Shown here piece by piece: positions 63,014 through 64,000 of a stretch of 64,000 bases of DNA. Location of the stretch: positions 32,001 through 96,000 of IMG/VR virus record IMGVR_UViG_3300009031_000368; one strand, written 5' to 3'. A program made the translations under genes and the position numbers. The DNA comes from a virus. Taxonomy: Duplodnaviria > Caudoviricetes. Within the stretch, counting starts at the first letter, position 1; every line of letters begins with the position of its first letter. Under the pieces are notes generated by a model. That model was given only the letters and a program-made list of their open reading frames with translations, had not been told where the DNA came from and did no database searches.

Positions 63014-64000
63014 TTAACGCATCCTTTCGATCTTTAAACCACCATCAGTTTCGATAGACTGTAGAAACATTTTAGCATGACGGATGGCGTTTGTAACGAA
63101 TGGTGATACATTGTTGTAATCATTTGTATCGACAATCACCACATCATATTGATGTGGTGGATCAAATCCTTCATGACTATCTTTCGTCGCTTTGATGCAA
63201 TCAATCTGTAACAGCCTATCCATCACCTGACTATTATCAAATCGAAGGAACGGTCTCGGATATAGCGGCTTAGCGAAATCAAGTAATGTCGATGCCCGCT
63301 GATTGCCAATATACAAAATTCTCATGTCTGAATTACTTTGTGTTGATCGGAAGTAACAATACCACAACCCGGCCAACATCATCGCGGTTGATTTTCCAGT
63401 CGCCCTGCTACCAGTTACCAGATATTTTCCATCCGTGGCAGTTCCGGTACGACATGCAAACATACCATCCAAAACCTGGTAAGTATTGTAACGTTCGTTT
63501 CTTCGGTCCATTCCCCATATTGAACCAAGATATTCGACCAGAGTCTTTGGCTTTTTATTATCAACCGCTGGCCCATGCACACCATAGACGGCCAATTGCT
63601 GCTGTGACAGATTATCAAAATTCCTGGATATCGACAAATCGCCATCGGTTGAATTATAAACGATAACGCTACACCAGTTATTTCCAATCCTTGATTGCAT
63701 TCTGGAACGCATGTCATTATATGACAATGCATCTTGTAAGGAACCTCTGACATCAAAAGTTAATGCATCCCAACAAGTCATCACGACATTACGTCCTAGT
63801 GTCATACATTGAAATGTAGAACTACCAACTGGACGGACTGAGATAGCCACGCCAATTGTATTAAACACAATATCACTATTTAATCTAATATTTCCATTCA
63901 ATCCAGCTGAGTCAAGTACATGACATAATGCTTTTGCCAGAGATCGCCCTTCGTTAGTGTAATAAAGGATCGTAATCGGCGCATTAGGTGCCAGTCCAAT
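63014..64000 (-). CDS. P-loop NTPase-like protein, 5' end outside the window
   Basis: The frame is open from 64000 through the track's TTG at 63901; GSRATGKST and YDVVIVD motifs. Confidence 0.6.
   Translation of the reverse strand: MGLAPNAPITILYYTNEGRSLAKALCHVLDSAGLNGNIRLNSDIVFNTIGVAISVRPVGSSTFQCMTLGRNVVMTCWDALTFDVRGSLQDALSYNDMRSRMQSRIGNNWCSVIVYNSTDGDLSISRNFDNLSQQQLAVYGVHGPAVDNKKPKTLVEYLGSIWGMDRRNERYNTYQVLDGMFACRTGTATDGKYLVTGSRATGKSTAMMLAGLWYCYFRSTQSNSDMRILYIGNQRASTLLDFAKPLYPRPFLRFDNSQVMDRLLQIDCIKATKDSHEGFDPPHQYDVVIVDTNDYNNVSPFVTNAIRHAKMFLQSIETDGGLKIERMR

Overview
This is a 64-kb piece of a large contractile-tailed dsDNA phage genome in the standard genetic code, coded almost entirely on the minus strand. 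Read right to left it has five parts. (1) 57-64 kb: a recombination/accessory block with a Cas4-like nuclease, two Holliday-junction resolvases, SSB and an ASCH protein. (2) 43.9-56 kb: a T4-like head module with TerS candidate, TerL, portal, acidic scaffold, an intein-containing prohead protease fused to a coiled-coil scaffold, and the major capsid protein. (3) 27.9-43.9 kb: neck and tail-completion genes, sheath and two tube paralogs, interleaved with many small proteins that share N-terminal leaders. (4) 11.6-27.2 kb: tail chaperone, tape measure, a P2/CIS-type baseplate and a fibre. (5) Left of 7.4 kb: small genes behind strong sigma70-type promoters, around a poorly coding, repeat-rich stretch (4.2-5.8 kb). 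I saw no tRNA, rRNA, CRISPR array, integrase or lysis genes. Five observations stand out. (a) A compact, colinear 'shadow' copy of the head module at 58.0-59.7 kb carries terminase-like, portal-clip, portal-crown and apparently inactive protease pieces. (b) A 12-bp palindrome, GCAATYRATTGC, occurs at least 15 times, in all three reading frames and at promoter positions. (c) A G-GGT-TTT slippery site at the end of the acidic scaffold gene would add a 61-aa basic tail. (d) Two families of shared N-terminal leaders resemble capsid-targeting sequences. (e) An evenly spaced CCTATAGG palindrome array lies at 5.2-5.8 kb. All family assignments come from motif recognition by eye; no database search was run.
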